Below are positions 9,700 through 17,745 of a DNA stretch of 64,000 nucleotides, piece by piece (the first letter of the stretch is position 1; every line of letters starts with the position of its first letter). Both the position numbers and the translations under genes were made by a program. The notes under the pieces were generated by a model, which had not been told where the DNA came from, made no database searches, and saw only the letters and a program-made list of their open reading frames with translations. This DNA is from an uncultured Verrucomicrobiae bacterium. Lineage in GTDB: Bacteria > Chlamydiota > Chlamydiia > Chlamydiales > Rhabdochlamydiaceae. The stretch is taken from NCBI GenBank assembly GCA_963718565.1, contig OY970364.1, positions 1,792,001 to 1,856,000 on the forward strand, read 5' to 3'.

Positions 9700-11784
9700 T
9701 CATTGTCCAGGGCAGGATACGTCCGTCTCTGTTAGAGTAATAGTCCCCGCTATGTTAAACGGTGCTCCAACATTTCCCACAAGAGCTGACAAGATGAATT
9801 CACTGGATCCTGTTTGAATTAAAGAATACCCTGACGAACTAGAATTATCAGTAAGTTGTACATGGAGTGTAGAGGAACTATTCGATATTGCTAAAACGCC
9901 AGAAACAGCTGCGTTAGTTATCGTATTGTTCTCTACATTTGCTGAAACCAAAGAACTTAATGTGCTTACCATATTTACTCCTGCAGACAGCGCTTGATTA
10001 ATTTGATTTCCAGAAATTGTAGCACATATATTAGTTCCTGTATTACTTGCGAAAATATGAATTCCGTTAACACAATTAGTGATCAAATTATTTTGGATAC
10101 TAGCATTAATATTATCTCCGAGACCCTGCGAATCAACAGCAATCCCAGCACCTCCATGCCCATTCGCAGCGGTATTTTGCACAATATTATTTGTAATAAC
10201 AACGGAAGAAGTCACAGGAAGGTGAAAATTAAAAATATTAATGCCGCTGATTAAACCGCCTAGGCTTCCAATTGTTACTGTGTCGATGGTGTTATTTTCA
10301 ATCATCAAATTTCCCTGGCAATTATGCAGAGAAATCGCTCCATTGGTCACCGTACAGTTGGTGAAGATATTGTCGTGAATATAAGTATTAGTGATTCCTA
10401 AAAAAGTGGGAAGAACCGAGGGATCGCCGCCATTAATTCCATTCCCGCCATTCGTATTGGAAATGTAGAGACCTGAAACTTCACAATCATTGCCTAAATT
10501 GACGCCGGATGTATTGAGAATTGCATTTGTGATGTTGGGAAAGGTTTTGCTTTGGGCGGGCACTGTAATCGAACCTTGCGTCGTTGGGAATACTTGGCTG
10601 ATCCCTGATCCGAAAAGCTTTTGCCCGTCCTGCAATACAATGCCCGCATCCATCCCTTGAGTTGTGCCATTCCCCGGAAATACATAAATGGCATCCCATG
10701 GAGAGGAGGCATTCTGGGCCTGAACCAGTGTCGGGAAGGGACTTTCAATGCTTCCAGCAGAGCTGCTCGTATTGTCTACGAACCACACTTGCCAAGGATT
10801 GCCCGTTGCAGGATTGATCGCTTTTTCCCTTCTTGTCACTTTTTTTACCACTGGAATTTCAAAGCGATAAGGGGCAAATGCAGCACGTGAAAGAGCAAGA
10901 TTGGTTTGGGATGAGCACTCTTTCCCTCGGCTTTGCAACCTTTTTCCAAAAGGAAAGTTAAAAGCAATTGTCCCTTGTACAACGCTGCGGAAAAGATGGT
11001 CATAAGAATAAGAAGCTTCTAAAGCAATGTACTCTTTATAACGGCCGAGCAGACGTGTTTTGCCTCCCCAAGAGGAAGCATGCGGAGAAGAAAAATAATA
11101 GGGGCCAACCCCTGCATAGAGATCATATTTTGTACTTTGTGTGAGATGAGCACCCACTTCCGCATCTCCTCCAATCATCACATCTCTCTGCTTAGCCTTT
11201 AAGATAACGTGATGTCCCTTAAAACTGTCGAAATCAAAATGGTACTTGTGACTTTTCTGATTACCAATGGGGAAATACCCATTCATACGGTATTCCATGC
11301 GGTTACCGAGTAATTCGATGCCAGGGCTCAATTGTTGAGGAGTCAGATGATGCCTGTCTTGGCGCACATCGTAATAGAGATAATAGCCTAACACGTGGCC
11401 AATCGAACAGAGAAGGGAGCGGCCGCCCACTCCAACATTTCCACCAAACTTGCCGTTATCAAAAACATGTCCGCGCAGATCGATAAAAGGCATGAAAGAG
11501 GTATTGGCATTGTAAATACCGAATCCTTCTAACGTGGTATACCCCTCTTGATATCCTACTCCTCTTGCTTCCGTATGTCGTAGCCCCGCATGCATGACGT
11601 GAAATTGTTTTTTATTTTCTGGGGAAGGATTGCTCTTTGGAGATGTTGGCTTTTTTTTCGGCTCATCAACATGTCCGAGCAGATCGGTAAAAGGCATGAA
11701 AGAGATATTGGCATTGTAAATACCGAAAACGAATGCCTGATTGCATAAAAATGAAGAGAGAAGAAGAAGTGAATAAAATTTCAT
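9700..11784 (-). CDS. Inverse-autotransporter beta-barrel protein with beta-helix passenger (tandem pair, copy 2)
   Basis: About 1.3 kb near-identical to copy 1 at a 2136-bp offset; divergent C-terminal part; extra duplicated N-terminal segment. Confidence 0.75.
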   Translation of the reverse strand: MKFYSLLLLSSFLCNQAFVFGIYNANISFMPFTDLLGHVDEPKKKPTSPKSNPSPENKKQFHVMHAGLRHTEARGVGYQEGYTTLEGFGIYNANTSFMPFIDLRGHVFDNGKFGGNVGVGGRSLLCSIGHVLGYYLYYDVRQDRHHLTPQQLSPGIELLGNRMEYRMNGYFPIGNQKSHKYHFDFDSFKGHHVILKAKQRDVMIGGDAEVGAHLTQSTKYDLYAGVGPYYFSSPHASSWGGKTRLLGRYKEYIALEASYSYDHLFRSVVQGTIAFNFPFGKRLQSRGKECSSQTNLALSRAAFAPYRFEIPVVKKVTRREKAINPATGNPWQVWFVDNTSSSAGSIESPFPTLVQAQNASSPWDAIYVFPGNGTTQGMDAGIVLQDGQKLFGSGISQVFPTTQGSITVPAQSKTFPNITNAILNTSGVNLGNDCEVSGLYISNTNGGNGINGGDPSVLPTFLGITNTYIHDNIFTNCTVTNGAISLHNCQGNLMIENNTIDTVTIGSLGGLISGINIFNFHLPVTSSVVITNNIVQNTAANGHGGAGIAVDSQGLGDNINASIQNNLITNCVNGIHIFASNTGTNICATISGNQINQALSAGVNMVSTLSSLVSANVENNTITNAAVSGVLAISNSSSTLHVQLTDNSSSSGYSLIQTGSSEFILSALVGNVGAPFNIAGTITLTETDVSCPGQ

Positions 11785-11892
11785 AATCCCTCTAGCGCAT
11801 GCTATGCTCGAAAACTATAAAAGTAAATTTTTATTTATTTTCCAGCAAGATAATTCCGTAATTTTCAATTGCATCTACTCTCTGAAAGAAGG

Positions 11893-12069
11893 TATACTGC
11901 GCCCAGTCTAAAAATGTGAATTTATGGGGCCATTATAACAGCCCATCTTCGAACGATCGCTTCTCGGAGGTATTATTTAATACCTCCTCGTCACGAACGC
12001 TTTGCTTCGTTCAAACTTGGACTGTTCTAAGACCTCCTAAATTCACATTTTTAGACTGGGCGCAGTATA
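11893..12069. mobile_element. MITE-like element, family C (TA ends, 32-bp perfect inverted repeat)
   Basis: TATACTGCGCCCAGTCTAAAAATGTGAATTTA ... TAAATTCACATTTTTAGACTGGGCGCAGTATA, with internal hairpin GGAGGTATTA-TT-TAATACCTCC. The same end recurs near 55477. Confidence 0.8.
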
Positions 12070-12102
12070 AAATGTCCATAAACATCATCGAAATGGGTTC
12101 TC

Positions 12103-12363
12103 ATGCTGCTTTTTTTAGGAAACATCATTCATTGGATTTTTCTAATCTATACTCTTTTTTTATTAGTGCGCATTATCGGCTCTTGGTTCCCTGCGTTTGC
12201 TCAACATAAGTTGATGCGCTTTGTCGCTTTTTACACGGATCCCTATCTGAATGTGTTCCGCCGTTTTATTCCGCCCATTGGGGGAGTATTAGATCTTAGC
12301 CCCTTATTAGGCTTTTTTGCGCTTCAAATTATGGAAAATTTAATTTTATTCCTTCTTCTTTAA
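12103..12363 (+). CDS. yggT: YggT family membrane protein
   Basis: R.I.SWFP...TDPYL..FRR.IPP.GG.LDLSP motif. Confidence 0.9.
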   Translation: MLLFLGNIIHWIFLIYTLFLLVRIIGSWFPAFAQHKLMRFVAFYTDPYLNVFRRFIPPIGGVLDLSPLLGFFALQIMENLILFLLL

Positions 12364-12385
12364 AAATTTTTTATACCACTCCATC

Positions 12386-13690
12386 GTGTTAAAACGCCCT
12401 TTCCAACTCGGTTCTTTGCGATTACCCTCTAACATCTTTTGTGCTCCTTTGGCTGGATGTTCTGATTTGCCCTTTCGTAGAATGACCGCAAAATATCGTC
12501 CGGGTCTTATCTTCTGCGAGATGGTCAAGATGGAACCTTTGATTCGCCAGGATCCCAACACTTACCGCATGCTTGACTACGAGCCTTCTATGCACCCGAT
12601 CGGCGGTCAGATTTGTGGAAGCAAACCTGAAATTGCAGGCGAGTGTGCAAAAATCATTGAGGACCTGGGCTTTGATGTCGTGGACTTGAATTGCGGATGT
12701 CCGGTCGATAAAGTCACCAAGGATGGGAGCGGTTCGGGAATGCTGAAGACGTTGGATCTGATTGGTGAAGTATTGTCTAAAATGGTTGCAGCTGTAAAAA
12801 TTCCTGTGACAGTAAAAATCCGTGCTGGTTGGGATTCCAGTCACATTGTGGGGCCGCAGGTCACACGTATCGCCGAAGAAGCAGGTGCTTCCGCAATCTG
12901 TATTCATGGACGCACGCGGGCTCAAGGGTATAAGGGTCCGGCGAACTGGGATTTTATCCGTGAATGTAAAATGGCGGCAAAGCGTATCCCCGTGATTGGC
13001 AACGGCGATGCATTCGATGGGGGAAGCGCGAAAAAATTGTTCGAATATACCCATTGCGACGCGATTTTGCTGGCACGCGGGACGATGGGCAAACCATGGC
13101 TAGTTGAAGATATTTATCGTTATCTCTCTGATGAAGCTCCGATTGAGCGCACTGGAATGGACTATCGCGATACTCTTTTAGAACATTTAGATCACATTAT
13201 TTCTTACCAAAACGAACGGCGATCCCTTCTGGATGCGCGCAGGATCGGCTGCTGGTTTTTGCGCGGCGGTAAAGGGATGCGCCATCTTCGGGAATCTCTC
13301 AATCGCTCAAGCTCTGCGCTAGAAGTTCGGAAAATGATCTGCGATTACCCCTGGCATGAAATCGATCTCATAGAAGAACAAAAGGAAGAAGAAGCTTGCG
13401 AGGTGGAAAGTTTGTTAGAATTATCAGCAATTGTCACAGGGAATGTGCAAGGAGTGGGATTTCGCGCCACTGCAAAGTTGCTTGCCGATCGCTTAAAGTT
13501 AACAGGCTTTGTTCGCAATCTTCCCGATGGCAATGTCGAAATTTGCGCTCAAGGCAGAAAATTTCAGCTAGAAAAACTTCTCTCAGAACTCAAACAAGAG
13601 TTCCCTTCTCGTTATATCGATGAAATTGTTTGTGACTTTCACCCAGCGACCACTGTCTATTCTGGCTTCCGAATTATGGGGAGTCTTTAG
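12386..13690 (+). CDS. dusB: tRNA-dihydrouridine synthase fused in frame to an acylphosphatase domain
   Basis: Dus motifs APLAG.SD.PFR, DLNCGCP, HGRTRAQ.Y.G; C-terminal AcyP motifs G.VQGVGFR and GFVRNLPDG.VE. Confidence 0.85.
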   Translation: MLKRPFQLGSLRLPSNIFCAPLAGCSDLPFRRMTAKYRPGLIFCEMVKMEPLIRQDPNTYRMLDYEPSMHPIGGQICGSKPEIAGECAKIIEDLGFDVVDLNCGCPVDKVTKDGSGSGMLKTLDLIGEVLSKMVAAVKIPVTVKIRAGWDSSHIVGPQVTRIAEEAGASAICIHGRTRAQGYKGPANWDFIRECKMAAKRIPVIGNGDAFDGGSAKKLFEYTHCDAILLARGTMGKPWLVEDIYRYLSDEAPIERTGMDYRDTLLEHLDHIISYQNERRSLLDARRIGCWFLRGGKGMRHLRESLNRSSSALEVRKMICDYPWHEIDLIEEQKEEEACEVESLLELSAIVTGNVQGVGFRATAKLLADRLKLTGFVRNLPDGNVEICAQGRKFQLEKLLSELKQEFPSRYIDEIVCDFHPATTVYSGFRIMGSL

Positions 13691-14180
13691 TTAAGTCTTC
13701 GAGCATGCGTTTTTCAAAAATCAACAAGAGGCGGGTGATTTCGGGATCCGAATCGCCAAAAGTGCGTTCATGAGAGGTTTTTAAGCGCTTTTTCTTGATT
13801 TTCTTTTTAGAGAGAAAATGCAGGAATTCATCGATGGTCATTGTTTGTGCTCGATGCTGATGGCAGCGCCCTGAGAGTTCGCGGTCGTTTGTGACGACCG
13901 TGAGTTGAGCAGGCGATTGTGAAAGAGTGACCTCTTCGTAAATATATTCATCGGCAGTTTGAGCTTTGGAAGTATAAACAATTTCAGTGGCATCGTAATG
14001 TCCTCTTGTCGGCAAAGGAAGATGTTCTTCTGCCCCATCAAAGACGAGAGTGACATGGAGGTTGAGCTCGGCAACAGCCGTATTGAGCTCTTCGATTAAG
14101 GATTGGCGACTTTTTTCAAGCGAACTGCGTTTTTTTAAAGTTCGGAAGAGGAGATTGTAAGCATCAACGAGGTAATGCAT
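13674..14180 (-). CDS. YacP-like NYN/PIN-domain ribonuclease
   Basis: YLVDAYNL, LVFDG, TADEYI, VVTND motifs. Confidence 0.8.
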   Translation of the reverse strand: MHYLVDAYNLLFRTLKKRSSLEKSRQSLIEELNTAVAELNLHVTLVFDGAEEHLPLPTRGHYDATEIVYTSKAQTADEYIYEEVTLSQSPAQLTVVTNDRELSGRCHQHRAQTMTIDEFLHFLSKKKIKKKRLKTSHERTFGDSDPEITRLLLIFEKRMLEDLTKDSP

Positions 14181-14784
14181 CGCTATTTTCTTGCAGAATG
14201 GCTTCTAGCACAGGAAGAATTTTATCAATAGCTTTACGTCGATGAGAGATGCGATTTTTAGTTTCTTCTTCGAGTTCAGCAAATGTTTTTCCATATTCGT
14301 GCTTGATAAAGATCGCATCATAGCCAAAACCGAGGCTGCCGCGCTCTTGTTCTGTAATCATGCCTTCGGAGACACCCTTGGAAGTTTTTTTGAGGCCTTC
14401 AGGTGATGCGAGGGCAATCCAGCATTCAAAGTATCCTTGCCGATGAGGTCCTTGAATGTGCTGCATTTCGGCAAGAAGCTTTTGGCGGTTTTCTTTGTCT
14501 GTCGCATTCTCCCCTGCGTAACGACGTGAATGTACTCCGGGAGCGCCTTTTAAAGCAGGGATGATAAGCCCTGAATCATCGGCAATGACCCAGCGTCTCA
14601 AATGTTGGGCAGCATGGGTCGCTTTTAAAATAGCATTTTCTTCAAAGGAGTTGCCTGTCTCAGGAACTGGGACATATTTGGGAAAATCGTTCAGGCTGAA
14701 AAGATCAAACGCGCTGATCTTTTTTAAAATAGAACGAAATTCTCTGATTTTGTGGATATTGCGGCTGGCGATGACGAGTTCCAT
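14164..14784 (-). CDS. rdgB: Non-canonical purine NTP pyrophosphatase (RdgB/HAM1)
   Basis: ASRN.HK, ETG.SFEENA..KA, ADDSGL, FGYD, SHR motifs. Confidence 0.93.
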   Translation of the reverse strand: MELVIASRNIHKIREFRSILKKISAFDLFSLNDFPKYVPVPETGNSFEENAILKATHAAQHLRRWVIADDSGLIIPALKGAPGVHSRRYAGENATDKENRQKLLAEMQHIQGPHRQGYFECWIALASPEGLKKTSKGVSEGMITEQERGSLGFGYDAIFIKHEYGKTFAELEEETKNRISHRRKAIDKILPVLEAILQENSDALPR

Positions 14785-14801
14785 GAGTCTATCTCATTAT
14801 T

Positions 14802-14821
14802 GAGGGAATTGCAATTCCCTC
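14802..14821. repeat. Collapsed family A element (20-bp perfect palindrome)
   Basis: GAGGGAATTGCAATTCCCTC corresponds to the two family A ends fused. Confidence 0.75.
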
Positions 14822-14924
14822 TATTTGATAATGAAAATAGCGGAAAGCAATAAATATTGTATATCCAAACACTTGAAAAGTTGGGAATTTCCGTTACTTA
14901 TACGTCAAAGATATTATATCGTAT

Positions 14925-15135
14925 GTGGAGACAACATGTACAACCCGCCTATGGATGGATCAAAAAAGGGGTTCGTAAAGAGATCCCAGCTAACACAGGC
15001 CGTTCAAGACTCAACCTTTCAGGGGCCATCGATGTTGTCTCTCACAATGTGGTAATCCAGGAAGACCAAACTTTAAATGCAGAATCTACGATCCGTTTTT
15101 TTCAAAAGATCGAGGAAGCCTATCCATGTAAAAGG
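14925..15135 (+). pseudogene. IS630-family transposase remnant
   Basis: QH.QPAYGWIKKG...IPANTGRSRLNLSGAID...NAESTI.FF.KIE..YP resembles the IS630 DDE region; truncated on both sides. Confidence 0.7.
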
Positions 15136-15145
15136 CGCAGGTTTT

Positions 15146-15260
15146 GTACGTCCTTAAAAACTCATGGCAAAAGTTGAAGACCATTTTGATCCATGCCTGA
15201 TTGAGGGCGTTACAGGGGGCTAAAAAACCAATTTTTGAAGTTTCTTCAGTATACTGACTC
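15146..15260. repeat. Mosaic of repeat modules ending in a partial family B end at the greA stop codon
   Basis: 15147-15205 matches the reverse complement of ~27408-27466; 15206-15255 matches the reverse complement of ~40226-40272; on the minus strand TAA is followed by GAGTCAGT. Confidence 0.75.
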
Positions 15261-17420
15261 TTAAAGATAGCTACGGATGGAACTAATTGTCAGCTCATCT
15301 CCTTGCACAACAAATTTATCTCCGATCGACTTTCCAGTTAAGGATTGAGCAAGTTTAGATTGGAACGAGAGGATATTTTTTTCAGGATCAGCATCCCAGG
15401 GGCCAAGAAGAGTATAAGTAATCTTTTCCCCTTTCTTATTCGTACATTCAGCGATGACGCCAATGCCAATCTCACGTGTTACAATATCGTCTTTGGTAAT
15501 GATGCGTGCGCGATTGAGTTGATCGGAAAGAAATTTGAGCTCTGATTGCAAGCGATCGCGCTTTTCAAGGGCTGCTTTAAATTCAGCATTTTCTCGCAAA
15601 TCGCCATGAGCGCGGGCAATCTCAATTTCTTTCGCATTTTGCACGGTTTCCACGGTGGCGATCTGTTGGATACGCTGCTGCAGCTTTTGATAACCTTCAG
15701 AGGTTGTCCAAATGACTTGCTCTTCTTGCGTGACTGATGGTTGTAATTTTTTGCGCGACTTAGCAAGAGAAGGGTGGGCAACTTCAGCAAGAGAATGGAA
15801 AATTTTTTGATCATGGTCGCTCAAGGAATGGCATTTTGAAGCGAGCAACAAGAATTCTTTAACGTCTTCAGTAGAGGATTCTTGCATCATTTGTCGTACA
15901 ATCACAAAGCGGCCGCCGGAGAGAAGGGCATGGATTTTTTTGACCATTTCGCGCTGTTCAGGATTATTTTCAATGTGGCTCAAGAGAATGAGAAGGCCTT
16001 CGAAAAATCGTGTCTTTCCTTGTTTGTCACTAAATGGAATTTTGTTTTGAGTTTGGAGTTTTTGAAAATACCACATGAAGGCTTCAGGATAACGAGCTGG
16101 ATGTGTGTAAAGGTCTTGAAATTTTTGTTTGAGTTCAGCGTTGAGTCCAGCAGAGGTTAATTCGGAAAGAATGTAATCTCTAAGTTGTGCTTGATCGACT
16201 TTAAACAATAAATCGAGAAAGCTTTCTTTCCAATCATCCCGATGTTTTCGTACTTCCATCAGTACGCGTTTTTTGAAACTAAGCACTTCGATGTTATTGA
16301 TGATCTGTTCCGCTGTTTCGAAACGTTTGATAATTTCAGGGATAACAGGATAGTCTTTAACATTGTTGAGATCTTGCAAGAAGAAATGGATTTGGAGTTC
16401 CTGAGAAGAGTTGATTTCTTTAAAAGAGAGGATCTCCGTTAATTTTGTGATCAACGTCGCTTTGAACTCACTGTTCTTGAGCGTTTCTGGAAAATCTCTC
16501 AAGAATGTGTAGACCATTTGAATGAGCGTATTAGCATCTGGCTTATTTTCCAGAACCTGCTGCAGGCGTTCTTCATGGGTCACTTCGATCTTAAGAATGC
16601 GGAACGGTTCTCGAATATCATCAGGGGTTGCAATCATCGTGTCTTTTTTTACTTTGGCCCTCGCCGTTTGCCACCAGCGCGTCCATTCATTGACGGGAAT
16701 CACGAGATCGCAGAGCTCATCTTTAATTTCAGCAGCCGTTTTAGGCCCAAGGTCGCGGAGCAGCATCCGGATGACTTCGACCGGACTTTCCTTGGCTTTC
16801 TTTTCGAGAAGGTCGGGATTGCCAAATCTTAGCGAGAGGAAATGATCATCGGGAATAGGAATTAAAGTTTTGAAAGCAGTTGCGAACGAGAGCTCCTTCT
16901 TCCCGGGAACGTAATCGAACTCTAAACTCAGCTGTTCGCGGACGACAGAAACATCGACAATTTCGCCGACTCCCCACCCGCCGGTGTGAAACACAAACTT
17001 CCCTTTTTCCATATGCGAGAGGAGTTCATAGTTGCTAATCACTCCCTGACACTTGTCTCTGCCGCGCAACCCGATCAGGCGAATCTTGTCGTTAAAATAT
17101 TTTTGATCCCCGTAGCGTTTCCTCAAATAATTATAGGCAAGTTCGATAAGATGTTCGCTGTTGCTTGTCTGGATATCAAAAATGAGTTTAATCGTTTCAT
17201 GAGATAAGAGATCTTCTGGAAGTTTTTGCCATAAGGGGAGAATTCTATCTACATGGCGTCCAAATGGTTCCGCAATATCAGAGAATTTAACGGCGCGTAG
17301 GATGTCGCAGAGCTCTTCCGCTTCCACTTCGTCTCCCGAACAGTATTCTTCCCAAAGTTTCAGGAAGGAGGGATAGTCGTGATTAGCGATGTGAGTCTGA
17401 AAGTCCTTTAGATAACTCAT
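15261..17420 (-). CDS. greA: Transcription elongation factor GreA, long chlamydial form
   Basis: C-terminal AR.HGDLRENAEF motif and a long N-terminal extension; start set at MSYLK. Confidence 0.9.
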   Translation of the reverse strand: MSYLKDFQTHIANHDYPSFLKLWEEYCSGDEVEAEELCDILRAVKFSDIAEPFGRHVDRILPLWQKLPEDLLSHETIKLIFDIQTSNSEHLIELAYNYLRKRYGDQKYFNDKIRLIGLRGRDKCQGVISNYELLSHMEKGKFVFHTGGWGVGEIVDVSVVREQLSLEFDYVPGKKELSFATAFKTLIPIPDDHFLSLRFGNPDLLEKKAKESPVEVIRMLLRDLGPKTAAEIKDELCDLVIPVNEWTRWWQTARAKVKKDTMIATPDDIREPFRILKIEVTHEERLQQVLENKPDANTLIQMVYTFLRDFPETLKNSEFKATLITKLTEILSFKEINSSQELQIHFFLQDLNNVKDYPVIPEIIKRFETAEQIINNIEVLSFKKRVLMEVRKHRDDWKESFLDLLFKVDQAQLRDYILSELTSAGLNAELKQKFQDLYTHPARYPEAFMWYFQKLQTQNKIPFSDKQGKTRFFEGLLILLSHIENNPEQREMVKKIHALLSGGRFVIVRQMMQESSTEDVKEFLLLASKCHSLSDHDQKIFHSLAEVAHPSLAKSRKKLQPSVTQEEQVIWTTSEGYQKLQQRIQQIATVETVQNAKEIEIARAHGDLRENAEFKAALEKRDRLQSELKFLSDQLNRARIITKDDIVTREIGIGVIAECTNKKGEKITYTLLGPWDADPEKNILSFQSKLAQSLTGKSIGDKFVVQGDELTISSIRSYL

Positions 17421-17745
17421 GGATGTTCCTTGCTGTGAGTGAATGTGAAATGCAGGCATATTCTTTCCTTAGAGTCTGTCTGTGAAAAGCTATTATTAGA
17501 GGAGTTTTGCAATTCCCTCATTAGACAATTTTTAAAAGATCGCCTTTATTAACCTTAAGTCTCGATTTTCTCAAAAAACAGATCGATGCTTTCTAGCATT
17601 TACCGAGTATAGGTCGGCCTGTAATTATCTTCAATTAAAACCCTAAGTCAGCCCAGGAAGAGGTTTCTTGCCAAAAACAAACTTTCTCTTTAACTTTCTC
17701 CCTTGATTCGATTCGAATTTTCTCTTTGTCTCAAATGCTTAGAGT

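Noticed and set aside
9681..9702. CCTTAAGGCCTGGGTTCA, similar to CCTTAAAGCCTGGGTTCA at 33759, both at gene 3' ends
   Set aside because: Only two short occurrences; could be a terminator-like dyad or chance, so not enough to call a family.
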